A stretch of 64,000 nt of DNA. It comes from Candidatus Aenigmatarchaeota archaeon (GTDB lineage Archaea > Aenigmatarchaeota > Aenigmatarchaeia > CG10238-14 > SCSR01). Below the pieces are notes generated by a model, which ran no database searches, was not told the origin of the DNA, and saw only the letters and a program-made list of their open reading frames with translations. Position numbers and translations under genes: made by a program. Location: contig JAWCME010000001.1 in assembly GCA_039091335.1 (NCBI GenBank), positions 1 through 64,000 on the forward strand. Reading direction: 5' to 3'. Shown in pieces: positions 29,985-39,885 of the stretch (position 1 is the first letter of the stretch; each line of letters starts with the position of its first letter).

Positions 29985-31088
29985 CTACCTTGTTATTTGT
30001 TGTGCTCGAACGAACTCCAAAAGCTCTTTTGCTTCTCTGTTTTTTTCAAAATATCTTCTCACAGGATCAAGTATTTTTATTATCTCTTCTGCAACAGTGT
30101 TTTTTAAATCCAGTGGGTGTAGCTCACCGGCCCTAAAAGATTTCTCCAGTTCTTCATAGGAGTGAAATTCTATTGTTCCTATTCTTCTTTCAATCTCAAT
30201 TGTTTTTTTCTTTCTAAATATTATATATTTACAAATCTCAAGAATTGGGTTGTTTTTTATTTCTTTTTCAGGGCAAAATGCTCCAAGGATTTTTTTTCTG
30301 ATTTCTTCTGGAGTATCATGGATGAAAATACATGTTTTTGGTATGGATTTAGCCATTTTACTAGATATCTGTATATCCAAACTTATGTTTTCTTCAAATT
30401 TTCCCATTCTTGTTGGTCCCTGCAACCCGATTAGAAGATGATGATGAACGCATACTGGACTCCACCACCCAAGCTTCGGTCCAAGCTCATGAGAAAGTAT
30501 TGTTGCCTTTCTTTGGTCCATCCCAAGTTGACAAATGTCAACTTCTAAATAGAATGGGTCTGCTGCTTGCATTGCTGGATAGAAAAGTTGGGCAGTATAT
30601 TGCATTTCTGCCTCCCTTCTTCCCATTATTGTGGAGCATCTTATCATTCTTTCTATTGTTGTTGCTTTAGCTATAGAGATAACCTTTTTCCAATATTCTG
30701 GATCTTTTACAACATCGCTCGTCCAAACAATCTCGGCTTTTTTTAAGTCCGCTCCACACGCCTTCCAAGCTTCTATAAGATATTTTCCTGTATTTTTTAT
30801 CTTTTCCAAGTCCCCTCCCATCTTGTTGTTTATCCAGGCGAACCAGTCTGCAACAAGAAACTTGAATCTTATTCCTGCATCTAGCAAGTCTTGAAGCTTA
30901 ATGGCTCTAAGTAATCCTGAACCCAAATGAGCAATTGTGGCTGATTTAATTCAGTTTCCACTTGGCTCAAAACCATCATATGCAACTGGGCATGGATTTG
31001 TTTGCAAAAGTTCTCTTAGACCTTCTTCTGTAATTATTTCTTCTGTAGGTGGAAGTTTTATTAAATCTATTTTAGTTTCTATATCCAT
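29985..31088 (-). CDS. tyrS: Tyrosyl-tRNA synthetase, two exons (31088..30956 and 30934..29985) joined after removal of a 21-nt BHB intron
   Basis: Exon 1 MDIETKIDLIK...AYDGFEPSG is in frame with exon 2 IAHLGSG...ADWFAWIN...YPAMQAAD...LGMDQRK...KMAKS; the seven intervening codons include TGA; spliced product is 360 aa. Confidence 0.92.
30935..30955 (-). other. Putative BHB mRNA intron in tyrS (ACTGAATTAAATCAGCCACAA)
   Basis: GTGG-AA|A-CTGA-attaaa-TCAG-CCAC-AA|T: 4-bp central helix, two 3-nt bulges and a 4-bp intron stem; cutting after the second bulge nucleotide restores FEPSGIAHLG. Confidence 0.88.
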
Positions 31089-31212
31089 TTCTCTCCTCTT
31101 TATGTTGTTAACAAATTAAGAATTTAAACCTGTTGTTTTGCTTAATTCAAATGTTTCAATATCTATTATTTTTATTTAAATTTCTCATTTTTGAATTATT
31201 ATAAGTGTTAAA

Positions 31213-32472
31213 ATGATTAAACTAAATTTTCTTGGAGCAATTAGCAGTGTTGGTGCATCTGGCATATTAGTAGAGACAGAAGAAGAAAAAATTTTACTTG
31301 ACTATGGAACTAAAATTCAAGAAATTCCTCCAAAGTTTCCTTTAGCCATAGAAAAAAAACCAGACGCTATTTTTATTTCTCATTCCCATCTTGACCATGT
31401 TGGTGGGGTTCCGGTTTTTTTTACAAAAAACAATTCTTGCCCCATATACGCAACATCTATTAGCAAGCCAATTACTGAATTGCTTTTACTAGATTCGATA
31501 AAAGTTAGTAGAGAGGAAGGGATTGAGCTACCTTTTGATAAAGAAAGTGTTGATGCTACAATAAAAAATTTTTTGCCAATTAAATACGGAGAAATCGTTA
31601 AAATGAAAAAAACAAGGCTTGTGTTATTTGATGCTGGGCACATACCAGGAAGTGCTTTAATTTTCCTTGATTTTGGGAACAAAACCTTGCTTTATACTGG
31701 TGACTATAATACAAATGAAACGCGATTACTTAATGGGGCGAATCTAAACCTACCCAAAATTGATTTTTTGATAACAGAATCTACTTACAGCGATAGAAAC
31801 CATCCAAAAAGGAAGACACAAGAAAAGGAACTTGTTAAAATAATAAGTGAAACTCTTTCTGTAGATGGAATTTGTATTATTGCGTGTTTTGCTGTAGCTA
31901 GAGCACAAGAAATACTTTTGGTTTTAGATAAATATGGTATAGATTATCCTCTTTATATCGACGGTATGGCAAAAAAGGCAACAACAATAATAAACCAATA
32001 TTCTTCCTTTATCAAGGAACCCAACAGCCTAAACGACGCATTGGATAAAATAAAATATGTTGACAACAGAATGAGGAAAAAAATAGTAAGAGACCCGTGC
32101 GTAATAATTACCTCCAGTGGGATGTTATCTGGTGGTCCAATTTCATATTATATTGAAAGATTGCATGAAAAAATAAATTGCAGCTTGGTTTTAACAGGAT
32201 ACCAAGTGGAGGGTTCTCCAGGAAAAACTCTTCTAGAAACCGGAAAATATATCACAAAAAAATTGAATTTGGAAGTAAAAATGTTTGTTAAACGTCTTGA
32301 TTTTAGTTCTCATGTTGGAAGGGATGAATTATTCAAATCAATAGAAAAAATGTCACCAGAAAAAATTTTTTGTGTTCATGGTGATCATACAGAAGAGTTT
32401 GCTTCTGAGCTTAGAGAAAGGGGATTTGATGCAATAGCCCCTTTGGCGAATAACAGAGTTTTTACAATTTAA
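31213..32472 (+). CDS. MBL-fold beta-CASP ribonuclease
   Basis: SHSHLDHVG, AGHIPGS, YTGD, ESTY, GYQ, FSSH, VHG. Confidence 0.92.
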   Translation: MIKLNFLGAISSVGASGILVETEEEKILLDYGTKIQEIPPKFPLAIEKKPDAIFISHSHLDHVGGVPVFFTKNNSCPIYATSISKPITELLLLDSIKVSREEGIELPFDKESVDATIKNFLPIKYGEIVKMKKTRLVLFDAGHIPGSALIFLDFGNKTLLYTGDYNTNETRLLNGANLNLPKIDFLITESTYSDRNHPKRKTQEKELVKIISETLSVDGICIIACFAVARAQEILLVLDKYGIDYPLYIDGMAKKATTIINQYSSFIKEPNSLNDALDKIKYVDNRMRKKIVRDPCVIITSSGMLSGGPISYYIERLHEKINCSLVLTGYQVEGSPGKTLLETGKYITKKLNLEVKMFVKRLDFSSHVGRDELFKSIEKMSPEKIFCVHGDHTEEFASELRERGFDAIAPLANNRVFTI

Positions 32473-32526
32473 TTATTTACTAAAAAATAGTAACATTTAA
32501 ATAATTATCACTAATAAATAGTAACT

Positions 32527-32796
32527 ATGGGTTTAGATGAACAGATAAAAACATGCTCTTATCACTATCAAAAATGGAAGGCTCTAGCACTCTCCTCAAA
32601 AAATTCAGAGGAAAGTAGAAAATGCTTAGAAAGGGCATTTTTTTGGATTGAGCTACAAACAGCATTCATAACCTTGTTTGCAATGGAAAAAATAGGAAAG
32701 GAAGACCCAAACATAAGGTCAAAAATAATATCTGCAAAAGCAAACCTATCAAAAAGACTTGTTGAATATGCTAGGGAAATTTTAAAAGATTTGTGA
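32527..32796 (+). CDS. Hypothetical helical protein
   Basis: 89-aa ORF with upstream TTTAAATA. Confidence 0.6.
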   Translation: MGLDEQIKTCSYHYQKWKALALSSKNSEESRKCLERAFFWIELQTAFITLFAMEKIGKEDPNIRSKIISAKANLSKRLVEYAREILKDL

Positions 32797-32833
32797 GCTA
32801 ATTCTTATTTTCAAAAAATTAAATTATTATTTA

Positions 32834-34012
32834 ATGGTAGAAAAGAAAAAAAAAGTTATTTTTCTTGTAATAGATGGTTTGGCCGATCTTCCAATAGACA
32901 AAAAAACTCCTTTGAGTGAGTCGGAAAAACCTAATATGAACTATTTTGCAAAGAATGGTGTTGTTGGAGAGCTTAGGCTTGTTCCAAAAAATATTGAAGT
33001 AGCAAGCCATATAGCAAACATTTCCCTTCTTGGGTATAACCCGAAAAAATATTATCTCAAAAGGGGTCCACTAGAGGCAATTGGAGCAAATATACCATAT
33101 ACACAAGGAAACCTTGCTTTGAGATGTAACTTTGCTACTGTTGATAAAGAGTTAATAGTAAAGGATAGGAGGGCCGGAAGAAGTACTTATGGTTTGGATG
33201 AGCTTGCAAGATACATAAACGAAAACGTTAAATTAGAAGTCCCGTTTGTTCTTATGAGAACTTATGGCCATAGGGCTGTTTTAGTTATAAAGATGGATTT
33301 AAGCGACAATATAACTGACAGCGATCCAGAAGTTAGCGGAGAAAGGGTAAGAAAAATAAGCGCATTTAGCAATGATGCATTGATTTCTGCAAAGATTGTG
33401 CAAGAGTTTTTAGACAAATCACATGAAATAATAGAGTATCATCCAATAAACGCAGAAAGGATCGCAAGAGGGATTCCTCCCGCAAATTATATTTTAACAA
33501 GGGACGCTGGAAATAGGGTTTGTCAACTTCCAAGTTTTTTAAAGAAGCATGGGATAAATAAGGCTGTTTGTATAGCTGAAAACGGTGTGATGAAGGCCAC
33601 ATGTATGCTAGCTGGATTTGATTCGATAACGATAAAGGAAACTGGATTTGAAGAAGGATTAAAACTTGTTTTTGATAACATAGAAACTTCTTTGCCCGAG
33701 TATGATTTTGTATATGCACATATCAAAGGTGTTGATGAATCAGCACATGACGGAAAGTTTGAAGAAAAAAAGGAAAGGATTGAAAGAATAGATGAGATGC
33801 TTGAAGATTTTAAAAATTTTAAGGGAATTCTTGTCATAACTTGCGATCACATAACATCTTGTGAAAAGAAAAGCCATACTCATGGTCCTGTGCCTGTCCT
33901 CGTTTTTGGAAAGGGCAAAGATAGAATAAAAACTTTTGACGAGTTTTCTGTTAAAAATGGGAAGCTTAGAAATATTACTGGGAAGGAACTAATGGAATAC
34001 ATCTTCAAATAG
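32834..34012 (+). CDS. apgM: BPG-independent phosphoglycerate mutase (ApgM type)
   Basis: IDGLAD...TPL, RGPLEA.G, RCNFAT, DRRAGR, HIKGVDESAHDG, TCDH. Confidence 0.9.
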   Translation: MVEKKKKVIFLVIDGLADLPIDKKTPLSESEKPNMNYFAKNGVVGELRLVPKNIEVASHIANISLLGYNPKKYYLKRGPLEAIGANIPYTQGNLALRCNFATVDKELIVKDRRAGRSTYGLDELARYINENVKLEVPFVLMRTYGHRAVLVIKMDLSDNITDSDPEVSGERVRKISAFSNDALISAKIVQEFLDKSHEIIEYHPINAERIARGIPPANYILTRDAGNRVCQLPSFLKKHGINKAVCIAENGVMKATCMLAGFDSITIKETGFEEGLKLVFDNIETSLPEYDFVYAHIKGVDESAHDGKFEEKKERIERIDEMLEDFKNFKGILVITCDHITSCEKKSHTHGPVPVLVFGKGKDRIKTFDEFSVKNGKLRNITGKELMEYIFK

Positions 34013-34050
34013 TTAAATCTAAATTAAACAGAAAAATAATTAATTAAAGA

Positions 34051-35223
34051 ATGATTGTAAGAGATTTGAAAATTAGGGAGATATTCGCAACTAACTCCCA
34101 GAGAACAATCGAAATAGAAATAGAAACACCAAAAGGTACAGTCAGGAGTTCTGTACCGATAGGAACGAGTAGGGGTATTCATGAAGTCGTTTTTCTAAGT
34201 GTTGAGGATGTGATAAGAAAGTTTCTACTTATAAAAAAACATTTTATTTCAGATTTTATTGACCAAGAAGATGTTGATTCTACATTGAGGATAATAGACA
34301 AAACACCAAACTTTAAGGAAATAGGAGGAAATTTAGCTATAGCCATATCTTCTGCTTTTCTTAAAGCCTTTGCATTAGACGAGGGTAAAGATGTTTTTGA
34401 ATTCCTGCTCAAAGGAGAGGTAAAGATACCAAAACCGATTTGCAATGTTGTTGGAGGATGGGCAGGAACAGGAGCTAGTGACATACAGGAATATTTGCTT
34501 TTACCGGTACATCAAACCTCATTCCTTGAGAATATTAAAAAGATTTCTGATTGTTACATAAAAATAGGAAAAGAATTGAAAGAAAAAGACAGAACATTTG
34601 TTTTTGCAAAAAATTTAGAATCTGCGTGGGTAACTTCTCTGTCCGTAGAAAAAACTCTTGATATAATCCACAAAATTGCAAACGAAAACCTATTAAGAAT
34701 TGGGTTAGACGTTGCGGCGTCTCAGCTTTGGGACGGAAGTTTTTATGTTTATTCGGGTTCAGGAAAAAAATACAATAGAACTGAACAAATATCTTTTTTA
34801 GAGGATTTGGTGAATAGGTATAAAATACTCTATATAGAAGATCCATTTCATGAAGAAGATCTTATAGGCTTTAGCACACTTACACATAGACTTAGCCCAA
34901 GAATAGTTTGCGGGGATGATATATACGCTACAAACCTAAAAAGACTTAAAATTGGAATAGAACACAAAGCAACAAATGCAATAATAATTAAACCAAACCA
35001 GGTTGGAACAATAAGTGACGTGATTAATGTTGTGAAGGAAGCTAAGAAGAATAAAATACTAACCGTTGTCTCACATAGATCAGGGGAGACAGAGGACACT
35101 CTTATATGTCATTTGGCCGTTGGTCTTGGTTGCGACTATATAAAACTTGGGATAAGTGGAGAAAGAACAGTAAAAATAAACGAGATGATAAGGATAGAAG
35201 AAAAAATAACAAAAGAATCATAG
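34051..35223 (+). CDS. eno: Enolase (divergent)
   Basis: IGGN, GLDVAAS, IEDPF, GDD, IKPNQVG, SHRSGETED. Confidence 0.9.
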   Translation: MIVRDLKIREIFATNSQRTIEIEIETPKGTVRSSVPIGTSRGIHEVVFLSVEDVIRKFLLIKKHFISDFIDQEDVDSTLRIIDKTPNFKEIGGNLAIAISSAFLKAFALDEGKDVFEFLLKGEVKIPKPICNVVGGWAGTGASDIQEYLLLPVHQTSFLENIKKISDCYIKIGKELKEKDRTFVFAKNLESAWVTSLSVEKTLDIIHKIANENLLRIGLDVAASQLWDGSFYVYSGSGKKYNRTEQISFLEDLVNRYKILYIEDPFHEEDLIGFSTLTHRLSPRIVCGDDIYATNLKRLKIGIEHKATNAIIIKPNQVGTISDVINVVKEAKKNKILTVVSHRSGETEDTLICHLAVGLGCDYIKLGISGERTVKINEMIRIEEKITKES

Positions 35224-35251
35224 CTAATTATTTACAAAATAAAATTATTTT

Positions 35252-37903
35252 GTGAAAAAGGACTGGCATACAAGAAGAATAAATGAATTATTCCAATACC
35301 TATATACTTCTGAAGAGGGGTTGAGCGAAAAAGAAGCTAAAGAAAGATTGAAAAAATTTGGTACAAACGAAATAATAAGGAAGAAAAGGTTTTCCTCAAT
35401 TTTAATTTTTTTTAGGCAGTTTAAAAGCTTTCTTGTATTTTTGTTGATAGCTGCGGCAACAATATCTTTTTTGTTGGGAAAAAAAGATGATGGTATAATT
35501 ATCTCTGCTGTAATTTTCATCAACACAGTAATAGGGTTTTTACAAGAATATAAGGCAGAAAAAACAATGGAAGCAATTAAAAATTTGACAGTACAAAAAA
35601 CTAGGGTAATAAGAGAAGGAAAGGAAAAAATTATTCCGTCAAAGTTTCTTGTTCCTGGAGATATTATAGTGGTGGAAGAGGGAAACAAAATTCCGGCAGA
35701 TTCGAGAATTATTGAAAGTATAAATTTAATGGTAGACGAATCGGCATTAACAGGAGAATCTATACCTGTTGAGAAGGAAGCAAAGATTTTGGATGACATT
35801 CCTTTACAAGAAAGGAAGAATATGCTGTTTCTTGGGACAATGGTCGTATACGGGAGAGGAAAGGCCGTTGTTGTGGACACAGGAATGCAGACAGAGCTTG
35901 GAAGAATTGCGGGAATGATAGAGACAGAGGAAAAACAAACCCCATTGCAAGCTAGGATTGAAGAATTGGGGAAATGGCTTGTTTTTATAGCAGTCTTTTT
36001 TTCTTCGCTTATATTTTTATTTGGAGTGATTGCGAAGAAAGAGCTTTATCAACTTTTTTTCACAGCAATTGCACTATCCGTTTCTGCCGTCCCAGAAGGA
36101 TTGCCTGCCGTGGTGACAATTACATTAGCATTGGGTGTTAATAGAATGAGCAAAAAAAATGCAATAATAAGGAAGATTTCAGCAGTAGAAACTCTAGGGT
36201 GCACTACAGTAATAGCTACTGATAAAACAGGAACAATAACAAGCAATGAAATGACTGTAAGAAAGATTTTTGTTAAAAATAAAACTGTAGAGGTTAGTGG
36301 GATTGGTTTTGAACCTTATGGAGATTTTTATGTTGAAGGTAAAAAGATAAATCCAAGAGAAGATTCTTCATTAAACTTAATTTTAGAAGCTTGTGTACTT
36401 TGTAATAGTGCATCAATATTAAGAAATGGAAATTGGCTGTTTCTTGGAGACCCAATGGATAGGGCGCTTCTCGTTTTATCTGCAAAGGCTGGTATATGGA
36501 AGAATGAACTTGAAAAAAAATACGAAAAGGTTGTAGAAATACCTTTTTCCTCTGAAAGAAAGTTGATGGTCGTTGTTTATTCAAAAAAAGATGAGAGTTT
36601 TATATACGTAAAAGGTGTTCCAGAAAAAATTCTAGAAATTTGTAGTTTTGTTCATGAAGAGGGCAAAATGACACCAAAAAGAAGAAAAGAGTTGGATGAA
36701 GAGATAAGAAAAATGGCTAGGGACGGATTAAGAGTAATAGGAATTGCATATAAAAAGGTTAGTGGAAAAGTTTTTTCTACAAAAGAAGTGGATATAAAAG
36801 ATTTGGCTTTTCTTGGGTTTTTAGGAATGCAAGACCCTCCTAGAGAAAACATAAGAGAGGCCATTGAAAAATGTAACCAGGCTGGAATAAGAGTTATTAT
36901 GCTAACAGGAGACCACAAGGAGACAGCATCCAAAATAGCAAAAGAGGTTGGAATATTAGAAAGTGAAAAAATAGTCACAGGAAATGAACTTGATAAAATG
37001 AGTGAAGAGGAAATTAAAGATGTAGTCGGGAAAGTAAATGTATATGCAAGGGTTTTGCCGGAACATAAGCTAAAAATAGTTAGGTCCTTGAGGGAAAGAG
37101 GAGAAATTGTGGCTGTTACTGGTGATGGTGTGAACGATGCTCCTGCTTTAAAAGAGGCTGATCTTGGTATAGCAATGGGAATTAGGGGAACTGATGTAGC
37201 AAAAGAGGCAAGCGATATAATATTAACAGATGACAACTTTATAACCATTGTTTCTGCAGTTGAAGAAGGAAGAAAAATTTATGATAATATAAGAAAATCC
37301 TTAAGATATGCTTTATCTGTAAACTTTAGTGAAATATTTTTGATATTAACATCCATATTGGTTGGTCTTCCATTACCATTACTTCCAATTCAAATACTTT
37401 GGCTAAACCTTATAACAGACACTCTTCCTGCCCTGTCTTTGTCTGTAGAAAAGGGAGATGAGTATATATTAAAAAGAAAACCAAGAAACCCAAAGGAATC
37501 TATTTTTCATGGAATGACTGTTTTTATGATTGCTGCTGGCTCACTTTGCTTTCTAGTTGAATTTTTTGTTTTTGTTTTTCAATTATACAGGTCTGTTTCG
37601 TTTACATATACAGAAATAGCAAAGGCAAGAACGATGTGCCTTAGCGTTGCTGTGATGTTTGAACTATTCTTTGTTTTCAACTGCAGGTTAGAAAGGGGTT
37701 CTATCTTTAAAACAAACCCATTTTCAAACAAATATTTATTGGTCTCAGTCATAATTTCATTTTTATTGCACTTATCAATAATCTATTTCCCACCCTTCAG
37801 TCATTTTCTTAATACAGTTCCATTGGGATTGAATGAATTTGTTTTGATTGTTTTGCTATCATCTTTATCGCTTATTCTTTCTCCTTCTGTTTTCTTGTAT
37901 TAA
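35252..37903 (+). CDS. P-type ATPase, type IIA (Ca2+-transporting-like)
   Basis: LTGES, VPEGLP, DKTGT, KGVPE, TGDGVNDAPAL, WLNLITD. Confidence 0.94.
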   Translation: MKKDWHTRRINELFQYLYTSEEGLSEKEAKERLKKFGTNEIIRKKRFSSILIFFRQFKSFLVFLLIAAATISFLLGKKDDGIIISAVIFINTVIGFLQEYKAEKTMEAIKNLTVQKTRVIREGKEKIIPSKFLVPGDIIVVEEGNKIPADSRIIESINLMVDESALTGESIPVEKEAKILDDIPLQERKNMLFLGTMVVYGRGKAVVVDTGMQTELGRIAGMIETEEKQTPLQARIEELGKWLVFIAVFFSSLIFLFGVIAKKELYQLFFTAIALSVSAVPEGLPAVVTITLALGVNRMSKKNAIIRKISAVETLGCTTVIATDKTGTITSNEMTVRKIFVKNKTVEVSGIGFEPYGDFYVEGKKINPREDSSLNLILEACVLCNSASILRNGNWLFLGDPMDRALLVLSAKAGIWKNELEKKYEKVVEIPFSSERKLMVVVYSKKDESFIYVKGVPEKILEICSFVHEEGKMTPKRRKELDEEIRKMARDGLRVIGIAYKKVSGKVFSTKEVDIKDLAFLGFLGMQDPPRENIREAIEKCNQAGIRVIMLTGDHKETASKIAKEVGILESEKIVTGNELDKMSEEEIKDVVGKVNVYARVLPEHKLKIVRSLRERGEIVAVTGDGVNDAPALKEADLGIAMGIRGTDVAKEASDIILTDDNFITIVSAVEEGRKIYDNIRKSLRYALSVNFSEIFLILTSILVGLPLPLLPIQILWLNLITDTLPALSLSVEKGDEYILKRKPRNPKESIFHGMTVFMIAAGSLCFLVEFFVFVFQLYRSVSFTYTEIAKARTMCLSVAVMFELFFVFNCRLERGSIFKTNPFSNKYLLVSVIISFLLHLSIIYFPPFSHFLNTVPLGLNEFVLIVLLSSLSLILSPSVFLY

Positions 37904-37935
37904 ATAAGAAATTGTAAAAAAATAAATAGAATTTA

Positions 37936-38895
37936 ATGGAGCTCATATTTCAGATTTTAATCTTTTTTACCTCCATCATAATACTTTCAGTAGGTAGCAA
38001 TGTAGTTGTTAAATCAGCTGAAAAATTTGCAAGAATAACAAAACTTGGAGATTTGGTTATTGGTTTTATAGTTTTGTCCATAGTAACAACAACACCAGAA
38101 CTTGCCATCTCATTTTCATCCATTACCTCTGGTGACATAGAAATACTAATTAGTAATCTTTTTGGCTCTAATATTACTGTAATCTCATTGGTTATTGGAA
38201 TTGCTTCCATAGTTTCTCCTATAACAATTGTAATAAGGAGGAAAGAATTGAAATCTTTGTCTTTAATGGTTTTTCTTTCCTCACTCCTTTCTTTGATGTT
38301 TTTTTGGTTAGGAGAAATCGGAAAGTTTGTTGGAATATTCCTAATTTCAACGTTCTTTTACTTTTCTTACTATTCTGTGAAGAAAAAAGTTACGATTCAG
38401 GAAATAAAGGAAGAGCTTAATACAGGAAAAATATATTCAACAGCTCTTACTCTCTGCTTAGGAATTTTTATTGTGATGATAAGTGCTAGGTTTGTTGTTA
38501 TTTCTACTTCTAACATAGCTGACATAACAGGAATAAAAGAATCTGTCATAGGAGCTACTATAATATCCTTTGGGTGTTCAATACCAGAGTTCTCTATAAC
38601 AGTTACCGCGGCAAAGAAGAAAAAGATAAACTTGGCGCTTGGAACTGCAATGGGGTCTTGCTTGACAAGACTTACGCTTGTTCTTGGTGTATCACTACTT
38701 TTGATTCCTTTTATTATAGATGTAACTATATTCTCAACCTTAATAACATTTTGCCTTCTTTCAACCATATTGCTATGGCATTTTATTGGGGACGGAAAAA
38801 TACAAATAAAAGAAGGTTTAATTCTTCTCTTGATCTATGTATTTTTCATTCTCACAACATGCGGTGTTCAAATTTCTATGTTTGTTGGTACTTAA
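37936..38895 (+). CDS. Na+/Ca2+ antiporter (CaCA family)
   Basis: Alpha repeats TTTPEL..GSN and GCSIPEF..GS; about 10 TM. Confidence 0.87.
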   Translation: MELIFQILIFFTSIIILSVGSNVVVKSAEKFARITKLGDLVIGFIVLSIVTTTPELAISFSSITSGDIEILISNLFGSNITVISLVIGIASIVSPITIVIRRKELKSLSLMVFLSSLLSLMFFWLGEIGKFVGIFLISTFFYFSYYSVKKKVTIQEIKEELNTGKIYSTALTLCLGIFIVMISARFVVISTSNIADITGIKESVIGATIISFGCSIPEFSITVTAAKKKKINLALGTAMGSCLTRLTLVLGVSLLLIPFIIDVTIFSTLITFCLLSTILLWHFIGDGKIQIKEGLILLLIYVFFILTTCGVQISMFVGT

Positions 38896-39783
38896 AACTT
38901 TTAGAAATTCATCAATCTTTAAAAATTTATCAGTGGTGAAGCCAGCAGCAAATTTATGTCCACCACCACCAAACTTTCTGGCGATATCGTATACATTCTT
39001 TCCTGTGTGAGTTCTCAATTCTATCTTAGAGCTTATTCTATAAGGCAGGGTTTTCTTGTGAATTATTACTGCTACAAAGTCAAATGGCGCTTTTTCATGC
39101 TCTAGAAGTTTGTTAGAAACGATGTAGATTGGTATTTGAAATGTTGTTTCATAAACAGCTATTTTATTTCCATTAATCTCAAATGTTTTAACATTTTCTA
39201 ATATTTTTTCTTCAATTCTTTTTTTCCAATCATAGTATTCATTCAAAAGTTCTGCCAAGTTTTGGTCAGATTCAAATGATTCAATCCTATGAAATGTTAG
39301 TGTTTTTGAAATGCTTCTTAACTTTGAAATTAAGTACGAGCCAGAATACTTCCATTTTACTGCAGCCACCAAATCCCTGAAAAAGGAAGCGGAATCGCTA
39401 TTAATATTAGAAGTATCTATCTCGTTTGCTATTTCAACAAGCTCCGAATTTATCTCAAAATGTTTAGCAACAAGTTGCGCAGTACTTGGTGAGTTTTCCA
39501 AAAAAACCTCAACATTTTTTGGTATTTCTTTTATTTGCCATTCATGGTGGTCTATCCAAACAGCCTTTTCGTACAAAGAGGAAAGCAAAATTGTTTTTTC
39601 GTCTGCAGCTATGTCAAAGATGTAAAGTATTTTACCATTAACTCCAATTAAAGAGGAGCATAGTACATCTTTAAGTTTTGTAGAAGATGAAAAATAGATT
39701 CTTTTTGGGAGAAACTTCTTCATAAAAAGACTCAGAGAAATTATTCCATCTGCATCTCCGTGTGTTATAGCAGTAATCTCCAT
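38818..39783 (-). CDS. DHH/DHHA1 phosphoesterase
   Basis: HGDADG, FDIA, WIDHH, GGGHKFAAG. Confidence 0.87.
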   Translation of the reverse strand: MEITAITHGDADGIISLSLFMKKFLPKRIYFSSSTKLKDVLCSSLIGVNGKILYIFDIAADEKTILLSSLYEKAVWIDHHEWQIKEIPKNVEVFLENSPSTAQLVAKHFEINSELVEIANEIDTSNINSDSASFFRDLVAAVKWKYSGSYLISKLRSISKTLTFHRIESFESDQNLAELLNEYYDWKKRIEEKILENVKTFEINGNKIAVYETTFQIPIYIVSNKLLEHEKAPFDFVAVIIHKKTLPYRISSKIELRTHTGKNVYDIARKFGGGGHKFAAGFTTDKFLKIDEFLKVLSTNKHRNLNTACCENEKYIDQEKN

Positions 39784-39885
39784 ATTTTTAACTTAAAAAT
39801 TAAATTAAAATTCTTTATTGAATTCTTGTCTTTTATAGTTTAAAAAATTAGAGAAAATATGTAATAAAGTTTGTAAAATAATTAT

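Noticed and set aside
30951..30953. TGA in tyrS as selenocysteine or stop-codon reassignment
   Set aside because: Read-through would leave seven extra residues just before the HIGH motif; TGA ends many other genes here; the BHB explains the insert exactly
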